DNA of 58,560 nucleotides, filler included, from Basidiobolus meristosporus CBS 931.73 (GCA_002104905.1; 3 parts of 3 records of this genome joined end to end with filler, not necessarily neighbours in it), one strand, 5' to 3'. Positions 1 through 14,500 are shown, counted from the first letter of the whole stretch. Translations and numbers: made by a program. The notes: generated from the letters alone by a model not told the origin.

Positions 1-700
1 CCAACTTTGATGTGCAAATGCTCCAGACCCTGACAAGCAATCCACCCAAGAATATTATGTCATACAGAACACGTAGTAGCCAACACATGTTTCAAATTAC
101 AGCTCATTTGAAGCAGTACTTAAGGAGTTATGACCAAAAGAGTCCAACTATTAAATATACTATGCCTTATTGCTAGGATTACTATGGTGACTTTGATTGC
201 ATGTAACTTTTGAACCAGCCAATCAAACTACGTGATATATTTACAGGTGCTGCGCCTATGTCTGATCTGCGCCACTGCAAAATTTTAGCTTTGTATCACG
301 TGTATTGCTTGCGCAATAGCCTAAAAACTTTGATCCTTCAAAATTTTCATATATATGACTTCCCCAGCTGAAAAATAAAGGGAGAGCCTCTCTTTCCAGA
401 ATCTCCACACTGCAATTACAAGTTTAAAGGTTATGAGACTTCCCCTGCATCACTTGCACTGATGAGTATTCTGACTTAGATCGGTACTACATCAGTAAAG
501 AGACTGCAAAGCTCACAAGAATCCAATCTAAGTTCTACAAGAAACTACCACTTTTCTGTCAGAAAAGTCCCCTCTAAGAAACCCCTTTACTCTAAAGACA
601 CCCCTTTAGAGATCCCTTTAAGAAACCCCTTTACTCTAAAGAAGCCCCTTTAGGCACCCCTTTATTGTAAAGTCCACTTTAGAGACCACTACAAGAAGCC
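1..700 (+). mobile_element. 3' end fragment of a CACTA/EnSpm-like DNA transposon, with short subterminal direct repeats
   Basis: About 30-200 and 325-640 are diverged reverse complements of about 2760-2950 and 2330-2640, which continue into the tnp2 remnant. TAAGAAACCCCTTTACTCTAAAGA occurs twice (about 576 and 619) among several CCCCTTT motifs. No terminal CACTA motif identified. Confidence 0.45.
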
Positions 701-1679
701 CCTTTGATCAAATTAGAACTCTTGCAAACATCATACATTAACCTTAAAACTGTTGAATAATGTTTGTGAATACTGAGAAACTCTGCTAACTTGTGTTCAG
801 TTGTATCACCTCTACAAGGCTATCAATACTCAGCTTCTTCTTGAATAACTAACAGTTCAACAGTTGCAACTGTTACATGATAGGTTGCTTATACCCATAA
901 CACTTCTTAAATTTCAATAGCAATACTATGCTTTTTACCCAATAAATGCTGAGCTGGGGCATCCATTTCTGCCTGCTTCCACCTTACAAGTACTGCTATG
1001 ACTACCTGACATGACAGGAAGCCTCTGATTGTGATCTATGTCTCTCTTGTGCTTCTTCCAGTGTTGAAGTCATCTATTCTTGAGTCAATTCTTAAACATA
1101 ATAATGCTGGCCCAAGATATGTTTGCTAGCTTGAATCCTGGATATTGATCACAAACAGATCAGGTAAACTATGCTTGTCCTTCAGTCTCTGTTGATTCAC
1201 AGTATGCTACCCTTCAAATCATTGCAAGCTTGACTATTTACATCTACTCAAATAATAGTGTGTGTGTGATGACCTTACTCCATTACTTCACAGATATAAT
1301 GGCTTTGGATTTTTGGGCATTGGTTTGCACAATACATCCTCTTCCTTCCTTGCTATGATAGGTTATTGTGTGGTCCTACATTTGAGCAATCAGGTTATAA
1401 TTCTAAGATGCTACAAAGTTTGACTTACCACTACACTAGGACAGGGTTCAAATCTGGTCTGTGGCACTAAGCTACATGAGTTCATTCTTTACAGTACAGT
1501 CACTACATTCACTATATATGATATTTACTGCCCTATAGTTGTTATCTGCTCATCCTAGCTTATGACTGTTTTGTGACCTCTCTGGGCTGTTTCATTAATC
1601 CTTGTGGCTACTGCACCTAACTGCCTGAACAATGCCTTGGTTTAATCTTGCATATAAGTATAAGTAATGTCTTGTTTGG

Positions 1680-2100
1680 AGATACCCCTATGAAAATTAA
1701 CTTGGTCCTATGCCTGTATCCAATCCAGATCAACCATTGAGTCCCAGGGGGATGCCATTATATTGTTGACAGCTTGGAATCATAGGCACTGCTCACAATG
1801 TTATAACAGGATTGTAACAGAATCTTGCTGATTCTATTGCAAAATCTATGTAACATACTTGACAGTGTTTGTGTGGTTCTTTAACCGGATTCTAATGGTG
1901 CTTTGACAGCTTTATTGCAGCCTACACTGATTTGAGCACACCCAACTGGTCAGCACATGTGGATATCATATATGGAAAGAATTTGAGCTTACCCACTACT
2001 TCCAGGAGTATTCCACATATAGTTTAGATCAATAGACTATGGCCTCCTGTTTACCAGCCTCTACATATACACACACCTACTGCACTTGACAAACCTCTAT
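1680..2100 (-). repeat. Diverged copy of an unidentified dispersed repeat (other copies at about 16277-16730 and 54160-54610)
   Basis: Reverse complement contains GATCTGGATTGGAT...GGACCAA...TTTTCATAGGGG, matching 16677-16725 and, in part, 54566-54608. Confidence 0.45.
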
Positions 2101-2329
2101 CACCTGAGCTTTATGGCTGCTGTTTTCTTGTATTATGATTAGTTTGGAGCTTTTATGCAATGCAAAGGCTAATCAATCTTATGTAACTACTTTCAGTATG
2201 CTACTACTCATACATTTTATGGGGAGCTTGATATACTGAAATGGGATAGGGCTTTCACTAACATCCTGAATCTTGTGCTCAAATATACTATAGTCAGTGT
2301 TTCTCTCCTCTACTGCAGATTTCTGAGGG

Positions 2330-5300
2330 GTCTTTAAAGGGGTCTTGAGACCAAAGGGGGTGTCTAAAGGTGCTGAAGCTGAGTCAAGGAGCTTCCCAGA
2401 TGGGACTTTTCCTACAAAAAAGTGGTTTGTTTCTAGTACTTAGATTGGGTTCTGTTGAGCCATGCAATCTCTTTACTAACGTAGCACCAATCAAAGTTAG
2501 AGTACTCAGCAGTGCAAGTGCTGCAGGGGAAGCCTTATAACCTCTTAACTTGTAATTGTAGTGTGGAGACTCTGGAAAGAAAGACTCCTTTATTATCAGC
2601 TGAGGAAGTCATATATATGAAAATTCTAAAGGATCAAAGCCTTTAGATATTTGTGCAAGCAATGCACATGATTCAAAACTGTAATCTTTCAATAATACAG
2701 ATGATGCATAGTTGCAGCTCCTGTGAGAATATTACATCATTTGATCAGCTAGTGCAAAGGTTATATGCTATCAAAGTCATCATAGTAATCCTAGCCGTAG
2801 AGGCCTAGTAAATATGGTGATTGGACTCTTTTGATCATGGCTCCTTAAATACCACTGCAAATGAGCTGCAATATGCAACATGTGTTGGCTACTGCATGTT
2901 CCGCATGAAATAATATTTGTGGATGGATTGCTTACTGTGGTTGTGAGCTTTTGTACTTCAATGTTGAGAATTCTTGATCTTTCATTTGCGTTTTGCAATA
3001 GCAAAAAGTAAAATAAAGAAATAAGTCCTATATTGGTTTTGGGATGTTGTTGAGATGGAACAATTTTCCTTACCACACTTCTCAGTGTCAAACATGTAAA
3101 GGTTCTATTTGCCTTGTATTGCTGGCAACATATACTTCTTGCAAACATGCTCTTGATTGCTGCCACATATGCCGCAGATACCTCTTGAATATGTGCAAAA
3201 TATCTTTGGTACTTTGACAGTATATTCCTTCTCCCTGCTTGATTCTAGTCCCTCTTGTAAATATGCTCGGGTTGTTGTTTTTATGAATTTGGTATCAAGT
3301 GGTGTAGATATTGGTTTGAGCCAAGGTGAAACCCTGCATGCTTTTGTAAAGTTGTCCTGGTAAAAATTAGTTGCTTGTTGGGTCCAGCCCAGCCTTACAT
3401 TACTTAGCTGACTACCCATACATTAGGGCTGCTAAGCTTCCTAATACCCAGGGAGTAGGTGTCTCCATCTGCATATCTGTCCTCAGTATTCACCAACTCC
3501 ACCTAGCTGTCTTCCATGTGCTTACTCATCACATCCATCATGGACTTGAAGGTCATACTCTTGATGAGATTGAGATATAATAGTATATCTGCCTTGACTT
3601 GTCTTGCTATTTCCATGCACATCCACTTTGTAGGATACACCCTAAAGATGAAGCATGGTTCAATATTCTACACATACCAAGCAAGATTAAGTAGATAATG
3701 GATGCAGTAGTGGCAGAGATCCATGCATTCAGCTTTATGCTTGTTGTACATCTGCTCAAATCCCATTATAAACTCCAAGCATCAAAGCTGCTGATGTGCT
3801 TAGCTGGCATTGGTGATCTTTTTCCGGGAAAATGTTCCTACAATATCAACATATGGCCCCCAATGCTTCTAATGTACATTGTGTAGAAATTCCTTCAGAA
3901 GGCCACTTGAATATATTCTTATTCAGTTTATCCAGTCCATGCATTTGTTTTGTTGCATATGAGTATGAATATTGACTGGAGCTTGTAAGAGATACTTTAG
4001 GCAGCAGATACGCTGCAATATCTTGGTAACTCTTTCATACTTCCTCAGTATCTCAAATGGCTCATTTGGATTGAAACACCCCACATACAATATGGGCATT
4101 ACTATAGGGATATTATAGAAGAGCAAATACTTTGCTCTTCAAGGAAAGCTTTTGCTCCAATGGTTTCCCTCTATCTTTAGTATCTCCGGTTTTTAATTAA
4201 ATCCATATTCTGGCCAATGGCTTATGGCATGCAGGCTTTGCTGCAAATGCATGCTAACTTCTCTATGCTCTTTCTGCAGGAAGATAATATTCATACTACT
4301 TGTGCTTGTATAATACTATTGTATATGACTTCTGGGGTGGATCCCTTGGATCTCACACACTTGCAAGCAATACCATCCATTGTGCTCAGAGAAGCCAGCT
4401 GTATTGCTGCAGGCTGGCATATCCCCAATACAGATAATAATGTGTACTTTGACATGACAGTCATGTACTAATATCCCACTTCATATCATACAAAACTCAT
4501 CCAGCAATGAATACCAGTAGCTATCCAGGCTTGACAGTGGTGTAGATCCAGCTGTCAGTGAGACTGTTGCATGACTTCTGCTTCAGTATTGTAGGATTGG
4601 TGATATACTAAGGTTGCTGAGAATCAGTGGCCAGCAGGATTTGCCCGCTCAGTGAGATTTCATCAAGTGCTAAGGCAAAGGTATAGTCATATGTGCCTTC
4701 AGAGTTGCCCTTATTAGTTAGTGTGTATAGTGTTGGCCATCAGATATATTGAAAATGCTTAAGCCTGATTCATACTAAATGCAGTACTTTATAGCTTCAA
4801 AATATCTGTTGGACTGCATGAGCTTCTTTAGACAGAGTATGACTAGAATGTATCTGGAGTGTGAGTAATGTTCCCTCTTTTAGTGGTGGATTCCTGACAA
4901 GTTGGTGCCTTGCAATACTGGCATTTTCTGAGGTGAATTCCATGCCACTGTTATCATATGCTGGTATCAGGACAGTCTCTGGGTTGTATGTTGCCAGCTG
5001 TATGACAGTTTTCCATTTGTACCAAGTGCACACCAAGCTGTATCCCAGAGCTATTTTGGCAGGAAGTTGCATTACATCCTCAGTGCCCCCATGATTGATG
5101 TTGGTGGAAGTACACCACTTTTCTAGTCACAACATTGCATCATTGACCAGTAAATAGATTACTGGGCTCACTTAACTCCATAGAGTATTCTTGGCATTTT
5201 TTACATTGGTGTTGCCTCATTGCATATTTGGATTTTGCCAGGCTTATATAGGGTACTGTTATGAGGGAGAAAGGCTAACAATCCATCAGCAAGCCTTCTT

Positions 5301-5700
5301 GTTCTGGGCTATTACTCTATGGGCTATATTCAGAAGGCTGAGATGAGCCAAAAGGTGTCATAAGCTAACCCAGGGTGGTCTGCACCAGGTGATAAATGCA
5401 GCTGGGTGTTGATTTGGAAATGCCAAGTTGCCAACTAGATAGTATCAATTGAGTAACAAACAAATGCTCAAGTATGACTTGTGTGACAAATCACTGGCTG
5501 TGATCCCTGTAATACTCCCTATGGCATCTGTGTGCATCATGGCAACAAGGCTGGTTTCAATTGTCACATGGTTGCTTTTCTCTTCTCTTACAGTGTTAAG
5601 TCAAAGTAGTCTTGTACATGGCAGAAACAACTTAACACTCAGCAATGTGATGCTATTATATCACTTTTTTGTCAATACAGAAGTGATTTAAGAAAATCTT
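2330..5700 (-). mobile_element. Degenerate CACTA/EnSpm-like transposon, copy 1 (transposase pseudogene)
   Basis: Reverse-complement homology to copy 2: ORF 4797-5072 matches the N-terminus of 8949-9527, 5449-5691 matches 8179-8484, and about 3100-3400 matches about 11100-11400. Many stops and frameshifts. Boundaries approximate. Confidence 0.6.
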
Positions 5701-6032
5701 GTATTTGAGCCCTGTGAAAAATTATTGAGATGATCCTGTCAAAAGGCCATCACAAAGTGAAAGTCCCATAACTAAGAGGAACTGATCACATCAGGACACT
5801 GTCCAGAGACCATTGAAAATAATTGCACCCCAGATTTCACAAAAAGTCAGAATTTTTCATCACAACAATGTATGTGGCTTTTGATTGGTTCCCTGCCGAT
5901 TTACTCACTTTCTGATCCTGGACACTCTGTTGCCTCCTAAGTTTGTGTGAATTGATTGGCCATTGCCTCTTCTTCACATTCCTTACTTCTGGACTCAACT
6001 GTTTCACTTACTTTTCATGCGTACAAATTGAT

Positions 6033-8109
6033 TTATTTCCATGGAAACTTCAGTTGTACCTCAGTTGCCAATTGTATTAACGTATGCAAGTCTCTATACC
6101 CTACACTAACATTAAGCCCAGCCCCGCACTCAACAAGTAACTCCATTAAAATCCACCACTCAATAAGTATTTCTGCTGTAATGTTATGGTTCCACAACTC
6201 TGGTGGGAAACCAACAGCTTTATGCCACTGTTCATTCACTGGTTCCCACACATCCTGGTCTTCAGCTGGCACTGCAAGGTCTAGCTCCTCATCTGCCAGT
6301 CTTTGCAATAAATCCTTGCCATATTCCAGTGTGCTTTCTTGAGCACTGCTCTTGAAGAAGTGCTCCAACCTCTTGGTGTGCCAATTGATGTTCCAAAACT
6401 CCACTGAAGGCATTGTGATAGTCTTTTGAGCTCTTGACATTGTAGCCTTGTCTGTCAGTGGGATCTCCACTCTGTCAACAATGGAGGCTGTGGAGGCTGT
6501 GGATGCTGTGGTAGACAGATTGCCATTTTCAGCAAACTCATCTACCCTGCTGAAGTGTAGCTCAATTGGCTGCACTTCCAACTCTTGTGAAAACAGCTGT
6601 TTTCTTGATGGTAATTCTTCTTGGCTATGTTGGGATTCAGTCTGTTCCTGGCTTGCAGCATTAATTGGCAAGAACTGCAGTTTTTCTTGCTTGCCTCCCT
6701 GTCTCAGGCTTGGGTGGACATTTTTCCCTTTACCTTTTCCTTTATTGCTGCCAGGTCTTTCACTGCTACTTTGTGTGAGTGCCCCTTGCAAAAAACTACA
6801 TTTTCTCCTGGATAAGTTCTGCTCTAACATATCTGTATTGGCCTGCCTGTCCCTTGCTGGCACTCTTCTGGCAATCTGACGTTTCTTTTCAGCTTGTTTG
6901 AGCTCTTAACTGTAGTTGTGACGGGCTCCTGTAAAAGTAGCTGGTTTTTATTGCTGCCAGGTCCTTCACAGCTACTTTGACTGAGTGCCTCTTGAGTGGT
7001 ACTACGCTTTTTCCTTGATAAATGTTGTGCAGGTGTATCCATGTCTGCCTGCTTGTCCCTAATTGGCACTCTTCCAGCTGCCTGACATCACTTTGACACT
7101 TGTCTGGAGCTTTTGGCCCTGCTTGTAACAGGCACCTGAGGAAGCTGCTGGTTTTTAGCAATGGCAGCCTTATTCTTCTGCCTTTGATAGTTTCTGCTAT
7201 TCTTGAGATACTTTCTTAGCATACCAATGCTGGCCCAAAATCCATTTGTCTGTTTGAATCCAGGATAATGCTCATGAGACAAATCAAGTGCATCCTGCTT
7301 GGCCTTGAGTTCCTGATGGTCCCATGGTATGCTGGCCTTAAGGTGATGGCATGCTAGGCTTCTGACAGCCTCTTGTATATTGGCCCACTCTTCATTATTG
7401 CACTCAACAGCTTCACAGATCTTCAGTGTCTTTTGATCTTTAGGCCTTAGTATAAACACCACACTGTCTCCCTCCCATGCTGTGATACACTTCTCTGTAG
7501 GCTTTATCTTTAGGCACTATTGTTGTGCTTCAAAGACTGTATGGTGTTCCTCTGCTGTTACCTTGGGAGATGGCTCAATTCTTGCCTGTGACATTGAGCT
7601 ACTTGAGGTCCTTCTTTGCAGTTAAGACACTGCTTTCTCTACCTGTGATACTGATGCTCTACACATATTATCTGCTCATCCTGTTTCTGGCCTATTACCT
7701 CATTTCTCTGGGCCATTGCATCTATCCTATCAGCCACTGTGCCTAATGGCTTCATTAATGCTTTGGTATGAGCTGACAGCATACTTGCTAATATGGGTGG
7801 TGGTGATGTTATCATGGCCACTTGCTGATCTTCAACTGAGGGTACTGCATTTACTACATTCTCATCTGCCTGAGCATAACAGTCAGCTTGTGGCTTTGCA
7901 GAGGTTCTCAATTGCCTACTTGACTGAGAGCCTGAGGAGTCTGCATTATTACCTTCAATGGGCACACTGTCCACAGGGCCTTTTTTAGATGTAGCTCTGC
8001 TTGTTGCACTCAATGTCAAAGCAAGCTGTTGTTCAACCATTTTTCTGTTGTCATCAGTAGTGGGGTTTGGTTGAGAACCAGACAAATTTGCTTTATTTTT
8101 TGGCGGCAT
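6033..8109 (-). pseudogene. Fragmented accessory ORF(s) of unknown function between the two transposase copies (156, 124 and 276 aa pieces)
   Basis: Co-oriented ORFs 7639-8109, 7088-7462 and 6033-6863. The 276-aa piece has diverged homologues at 16864-17384 (+) and 54620-54700, so it is repetitive. It contains an internal repeat of about 200 bp (MPARDRQAN.. vs MPIRDKQAD..). No domain recognised. Confidence 0.4.
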
Positions 8110-8328
8110 ATATTTAGAAGTGAGTCAAACCAAAGGGGAAATAGTGATACATATACATGTGTACATGGTGCCACAACTTTAATTAAAATGCTGACTATGA
8201 CAGGCATCATTAAATCCTACATTCATGTAGGTGCAATGTCTCAAATACAACACTGTCTTTAGTTCACATGAGTATTGACATAAGTGATATAATAGTATTA
8301 CATTGTTGAAGGTCAAGCTGGTTGCCCC

Positions 8329-11300
8329 ATGGACAAGACTACCTTGACTCAACGCCGCAAGAGAAGAGAAAAAAGACCATGTGGCTATTGTGGCAAGCAT
8401 CTCAGCCATGGAGCACACAGACAGCATAGGAAGTATTACAAGGATCACAGCCAGTGTTTTGCCACCCAAGTCATATTTGACCATTTGTTGGTCACTACTA
8501 TACCAACATTATCTTGATGGCCAGTTGATACCTCTATATTGGCACCTGGCCATCTTTGTCACCTTGCTCAAACTGGCTCAGGTGAGTTTGTGATGCCTTT
8601 AGGCTCACCTCAGCCTTCTGAATATGGCACGCAGAGTGATAGCTCTGACAAGAAGGCTCACTGATGGATATTGAGCCTATCTCCCCTAACAACAGTACCA
8701 TGTATGAGCCCAGTCAAATCCCTATATGCAATGAGACAACACCTGTTGAAACAAGTGTCAGGGATACTTTATGGAGCAAAGTGATCCCAGTAATCCATCT
8801 ACTGGTGAATGATGTAATGTTGTGGCTAGAGAAGTAGTGTATTTCCACTGATTTCAGTAATGGGGGCTTTGAGGATTTATTACTACTTCTTGCCAAAATC
8901 ATACCAGGATGCAGCTTACCATGTACATGGTACAAGTGGACAACTGTCATGCAGCTGGCAACATATGATCCAGAGACTGACCTGTTTCCAGCATGTGTTA
9001 ACAGTTGCATGGCATTCACATCCAAAAATGCTACCATTGCAACATGTCCAAATAGTCAGGAATCCACCACTATTGATGGAAAACATTGTTCACACTCCGG
9101 ATATATTCTGGTCATATCCTGTCTGAGGAAGCTCATGCAGTCAGACAAATGTTGCAAAGCTATACAGTACTACACACAGTATCAATCTAGTGCAAACATA
9201 TCCAATTTACTAGATTGTAAGCATTACAAACAGCTAAGAAGCAAGGGCTACTTTGAAGATATGTATGACCATGCCTTTGCTTTAGCACTTGATGGGCTCT
9301 CATTAACCAAGTACTCTACCAGCAAATCCTGCTGGCCACTGATTCTCATCAATCTGAATCTGCTGCCCATTTTATGGTATCAGAGCAATAATCAGATTGT
9401 AGTCTCACTGGTATCCAAGCCTAAATCACTGTCTAACCTGGATAGTTACCTGTATCCATTGCTGGTTGAATTTTGTATGCTTTCCAGCAGGATAATGGTA
9501 TATGACCATCATGTAAAAGTGCTGTAGTGGGGTCACAGTGACACCAACAGGCAGATGTGCTCATTCCCATACGTTCACTTCCCTAAAAAGGATTACCCCT
9601 CCCCCACCTATATTAGTATCATCCCAAATTGCAATATTTTCTATCTATCTATGTGATTATTACTATGCAACATGACAAACTATTTGTCACTATTAACCCA
9701 TTGCACAAGCTATTCCTATTCCTTGCCAGGATGCCAAGATGCCAAGATAGGATAGTTACCATATAAGGCAAGTACCCCCAACAGTGCCTATGTCCTGTGA
9801 CCATCCTGGTTTCATAACCCTCCTATCATACTACCATATGAGGTAACTACATGACACAGAGGTTTCATATTACCACTATCTGATTGGCTGGGTGCTACTT
9901 TGTCTCATGGAGCAATCTGCCAAGAATTTGACCTATTTTTAGTACACAATGACATGATTGGCTGTCTACTACCTTCTGGAAACTTTTGGAAAGTATTTTC
10001 TAGCAAGAATTTGAGCAGCAAAAAAGTATATACAGGAGGCTATCCCTTAAAATAAATCATCCCTCTTCCAATATACCAGCTTATTGATTAGTGAGATCAC
10101 TGCTACCTATTACCACTATTTTCTGACTCAGACCTGACAATACTCCCAGGAAACTGCGCTGACAGCCAACTGACCTTGGAGGCACTACTTGTGAGGAATA
10201 CTCAGAGTAGGTATATTTTATTATATTTGATTGTTTTCCCAAGTTTGTTCTTGTACAGGCAAAGATACTTTTCAGTCTTTGTAACTGTTGGTCAAAGCTG
10301 CATTCTTATCAAGTCCCTGTTGGTGGAGTTTACAGTTGTTTTGACTTTGCAAGCTTTAGTACATTGTCATCTCAAAGGACATTGAAGCCATTATAAACTT
10401 TTGTTAAGACACCAACTAAGTTGGGGATTGTAGTTTAATAGTTTCCCTTGACAAGCTTGAGGCTTTATCCCCTTTCACATTAGATTAGACCAAAGACCCA
10501 GTATTCCTAGCAAGCTTTTGCCAGAGGTTATTGCACCCAGTGGACACCCCACACACAAAACACTTGAGAAGTGTTGGATGTATCTCTCCCTTGGACTTAT
10601 ACCCCACCACACTGGAGAAATTTGAAAGAGTCAGCAAGATATCACAGAGTATCCGCCACCTTAAGTACTTCTCACAGGCTCCAATTAATATTCATATGCA
10701 TATGTAACAATACAAATGCAAAGACTGGATGAACTGGATATGTATTTATTCAAGTGGTGTTCTGAAGCCAATTCTACCAAGAGTACATTTGAAGCATTTG
10801 GAGTCATATGTGGACATTATAGGAATATTTATCCAGAAGCAGATCACCAATGCCAACCTGATGCATCTACAGCTGTTGTGTAAGGAGTTTGTATTGGGAC
10901 TTGAGTGGCTATACTACAAACATAAAGCTGAACGCATAGATCTCTGCTGCTACTGTATCCACTCTCTACTCCATCTTGCACAGTGTGTGGCAAACATTGG
11001 GCCTTGCTTCACCTTTTGGGACTGAGTACAAATGTGCACATGGAGACACCTATGCCTATGGCATTAAGAAGCTAAGTAGCCTCAATGTGTGGGTAATCAG
11101 TTAAGTAATGCAAAGTTTGGTTGGGTGCAACAAGCAACTAATTTTTATCAGGAAAACTCCGCCAAGATATGCCGGATTTCTTGTAGTCACAAGCCAACTA
11201 CTACGCCATTCAACACAGAACTCACACAAACAAAAGCCAGAGTGCACCTATAAGGGGGACTAGAATCTAACAGGCAGAAGGAATGTATTGGCTAAATATT

Positions 11301-11590
11301 GAGAAGTTCTTTGCAAATATTCAGGAGGTATTGATGGCAGAAGTGGCAACAACTAAGTATATGTTTGCAAGATGTATATGTCACCAGTAGTAAAAGGTAT
11401 ATGGCAGCTTTGCAAGTTTCACACTAAAAAGCTGTAAAGTGAGGTGATAGAAGTATATCAATTGTGGCAGGTGTGTGCACTGTAATGGTTAGTAAGCAGG
11501 AGGCCATAGTTGCTTTTGATTCAAACTATATGTGGGAAACCCAAGGTAGTAGTTGGTAAGCAAATAAAGAAAGGTAATTTTACAGTGGAA
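8329..11590 (+). mobile_element. Degenerate CACTA/EnSpm-like transposon, copy 2 (tnp2/Transposase_21-type), interrupted by an LTR element
   Basis: ORF 8949-9527 has ALALDGLSLTK..SCWPLILINLNL..KPKSLSNLDSYLYPLLVEF..YD, the tnp2 core pattern. ORF 10729-11025 has YY..RIDLC..IHSLLHLAQCVANIGPCFTFW, the HxLLH..GP..W motif. N-terminal CxxC..H..H at 8329-8517. Confidence 0.7.
9523..10700 (+). mobile_element. Degenerate LTR retroelement (family 2) inserted into the tnp2 ORF; putative LTR 9523-10139
   Basis: Begins TGTAGTGG where the tnp2 ORF breaks and ends CTCAGACCTGACA. Shares ATAAGGCAAGTACCC, AATAAATCATCCCT, CTCAGACCTG and AGAGGTTATTGCACCC with 24586-25340. Confidence 0.5.
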
Positions 11591-11595
11591 CATAT

Positions 11596-14500
11596 TGTTA
11601 TAAGAGTCTTGGATATATTGGAAGTGATTTAGAGAACAAGTAGATTATGTGGTTTTCACTTAATGATTTATTGAATGTAAAAGTAGTATTTATACTTTTA
11701 CCTGGTCTTGGCATTACAAACACGTAGAATAGGTTAAGGAAGGTCCCAAGAGCATGTGTGCAAAGTCTGGGGCAGTTTGGACAACTTTGAGAATTTTTAT
11801 GTTCTGGGTGCCTAGTATTTTGGTAAAAATATTCTAAGTAAATCCCAACAAGGAATTTGGTCAGTATTCTCTAGGATATGAGGGTAATGATCTAAGTGAC
11901 TAAGTTAGGTGAATGTTTAGGTGTAATTACAAACTTTTACAACACTCCCACTCAGCTGAATGTTCATACTGACTAGTCCTAATTTTGACCTAAGATATTC
12001 AAACTGGTTCCTAGCTAATGGTTTGGTGAATATGTCAGCAATCAATTCATCTGTAGGACAGTAAACTAAGCTAACAAAGTTATTCTCTATAGCTTCACAT
12101 ATGAAATGATGCTCAATTTCTATGTGCTTGGTTCTAGCATGAAAAGTAGGATTTCTACCTAATTGTATACATCCTTGATTATCTTGAAATAAAGTAATAG
12201 GCGTTTTTTAACATAGGCCTAAATCTGTAAAAAGCTTTCTTAACCACATTGCTACTTTTGTAGCTTCATAGGCTGCCATGTACTCTGCCTCTGTGGTAGA
12301 AAGTGCTACGGTTGGTTGCTTTCTTGAATTCCATGAAATTGCTCCTTTACAGTAAAGAAAGGTGTATCCTGTGGTGGATCTTCTGTCTTCTAAATTTTGT
12401 CCCCAATCAGCATCAGAGTATCCCACAAGGTCCTGTTCTGAATCCTTATAAGTGTATCTTAAGTAGATATCAGCAGTTCCTTTTAGGTATCTAAAAATCC
12501 GCTTAACTGCTGCAATATGACCAGATCCATAGTTCTGATTATGTTGGCTGACAACTCCCACTGAATATGAGATATCTGGACGTGTTCCAAGCACAATATA
12601 CATCAGACTGCCGACCATAGACTGATAAGGAGAGTCAGGGCTTTCAGATGGCACCAGGCTCTCTTGATTTGGTTGAGTTTTGACCAAGTTAAGGTTTGTC
12701 TCCATTGGGGTAGCTGCCGGTTTAAAGTCTTCCATTTTGTACTTCTTTAGTATATCTTGAATATACTTGGATTGGCTTAGGGTGATAGTTTGGGTACTTC
12801 TGTCTATGGAGAACTTAATCCCTAAGTAGTAATTAAGTTCTCCTTGATTGGACATCTTGAACTCCTTAGATAGGCTGGATTTAGTCTCTTCCAATGTTTC
12901 TAGGTTATTGGTGGCTATAATAAGATCATCCACATATAGAGCTAATAGAACTGAATTTGCTCTATCTGGCTTATAGTATATACTATAGTCAGCATTACTC
13001 CTTTTGAAACTCAAAGATTCCAAATAAGAGTCTATCTTGCAATTCCATGCTCTTGGTGATTGTTTGAGACCATATAGTGACTTTTTAAGCTTGCAGACCA
13101 AATGGGGGTTATCTTGGTCAACAAACCCACTAGGCCAGTCCATATACACATTCTGATCAAGTTCTCCATTCAACAATGCAGTTCTTACATCCATTTGATG
13201 AATAAAAAACTTATATTGGGCTGCAATGGCCAATATTAATCTGATGGAATTAAACTTGGCTACCAGTGCAAAGGTCTCAGTATAGTCAAGTCCTTTTGTT
13301 TGAGAGTATCCCTTGGCTACAAGTCTTGCTTTGTATCTTTCAATTGTACCATCAGCCTTGTATTTTGTCTTGAAGACCCATCTGTATCCAATTGATTTTT
13401 GGTTGATTGGTAATTAGACTAAGTCCCAAGTTTGATTTTCCATCAGGGCCTGATATTCCTCAGTCATTGCAGATCTCTAAAGCTTTGTCTGAGGGCTATT
13501 TAGAGCCTCTTTTACAGTCTGGGGTTCAACAATATGGACTGAATAGGCATAGGCTAAGTTTGTGCCCTCATTGATATAGTAATTTGGGTTATTTCTTGTC
13601 CAATTGGATCTCCAGGCATTTGATACTGGAATGATCACTTCTGGGATATTCCAGGGCACTTATTCTGGCTGAACCACAGTTGTAGAGTCCTCTGGAGTGA
13701 AAAGATTCTCATTGTTTTGCTCTGATTCAATCCTGACAATTAGTGGATTTGAGATCAGGATTTTGTCATCATCTGATGTCATTTTTTATGAAAATTTTGC
13801 ATTTTCATCAATAACACATCCCTGGACTTGATCAGCTTCTTTGCTTTGGAATTGTAGAGTCTGTAGGCCTTACTCTCATTGCAGTAGCCCAAAAATATGC
13901 ATTTTACATTTTTTGGCTCAAATTTTGACTGATTTCTGGCCAGTTTTTTGGCATATGCTATACGCCCAAATATTCTTAGATGTTCTGCACTTGGTCTGTA
14001 TCCATGCCATGCTTTAAATGTAGTAGAATCACAAAGTATTCTGTTTTAGCTCCTATTTTTAAGGCACACAGCTGTGGCAACTAATTCTGTCCAAAAATCA
14101 CAGGATAATTTTTGATCATGGATCATAGATCTTGCCATATCAATTATTGCTCTGTTAGCATGTTCTGCTACTCCATTTTGCTGTGGGGAGTAAGGTACAG
14201 TAATCTCTTGCTTTATCCCATGAATTTGCAGAAGTGGATGAAGAGTTTTGAGGTATATTCTCCACCATTGTTAGAGCGTATTTTCTTGATTTTTTGACCA
14301 GTTTCTCTCTCCACCATTGCTTTGAACTCCCTGAACTTAGACAGAGCTGCTTCCTTTCTCTCCATGATGCAGAACCATGTGTATCTTGTATAATCATCAA
14401 TAAAAGTGATTAAATACTTCATCCCGCCTAAGGATAAATTTTGCATAGGTCCACACAGATCTGAGTGAATTAGATCTAATTTTTTCTTGGTTTTGACTAA

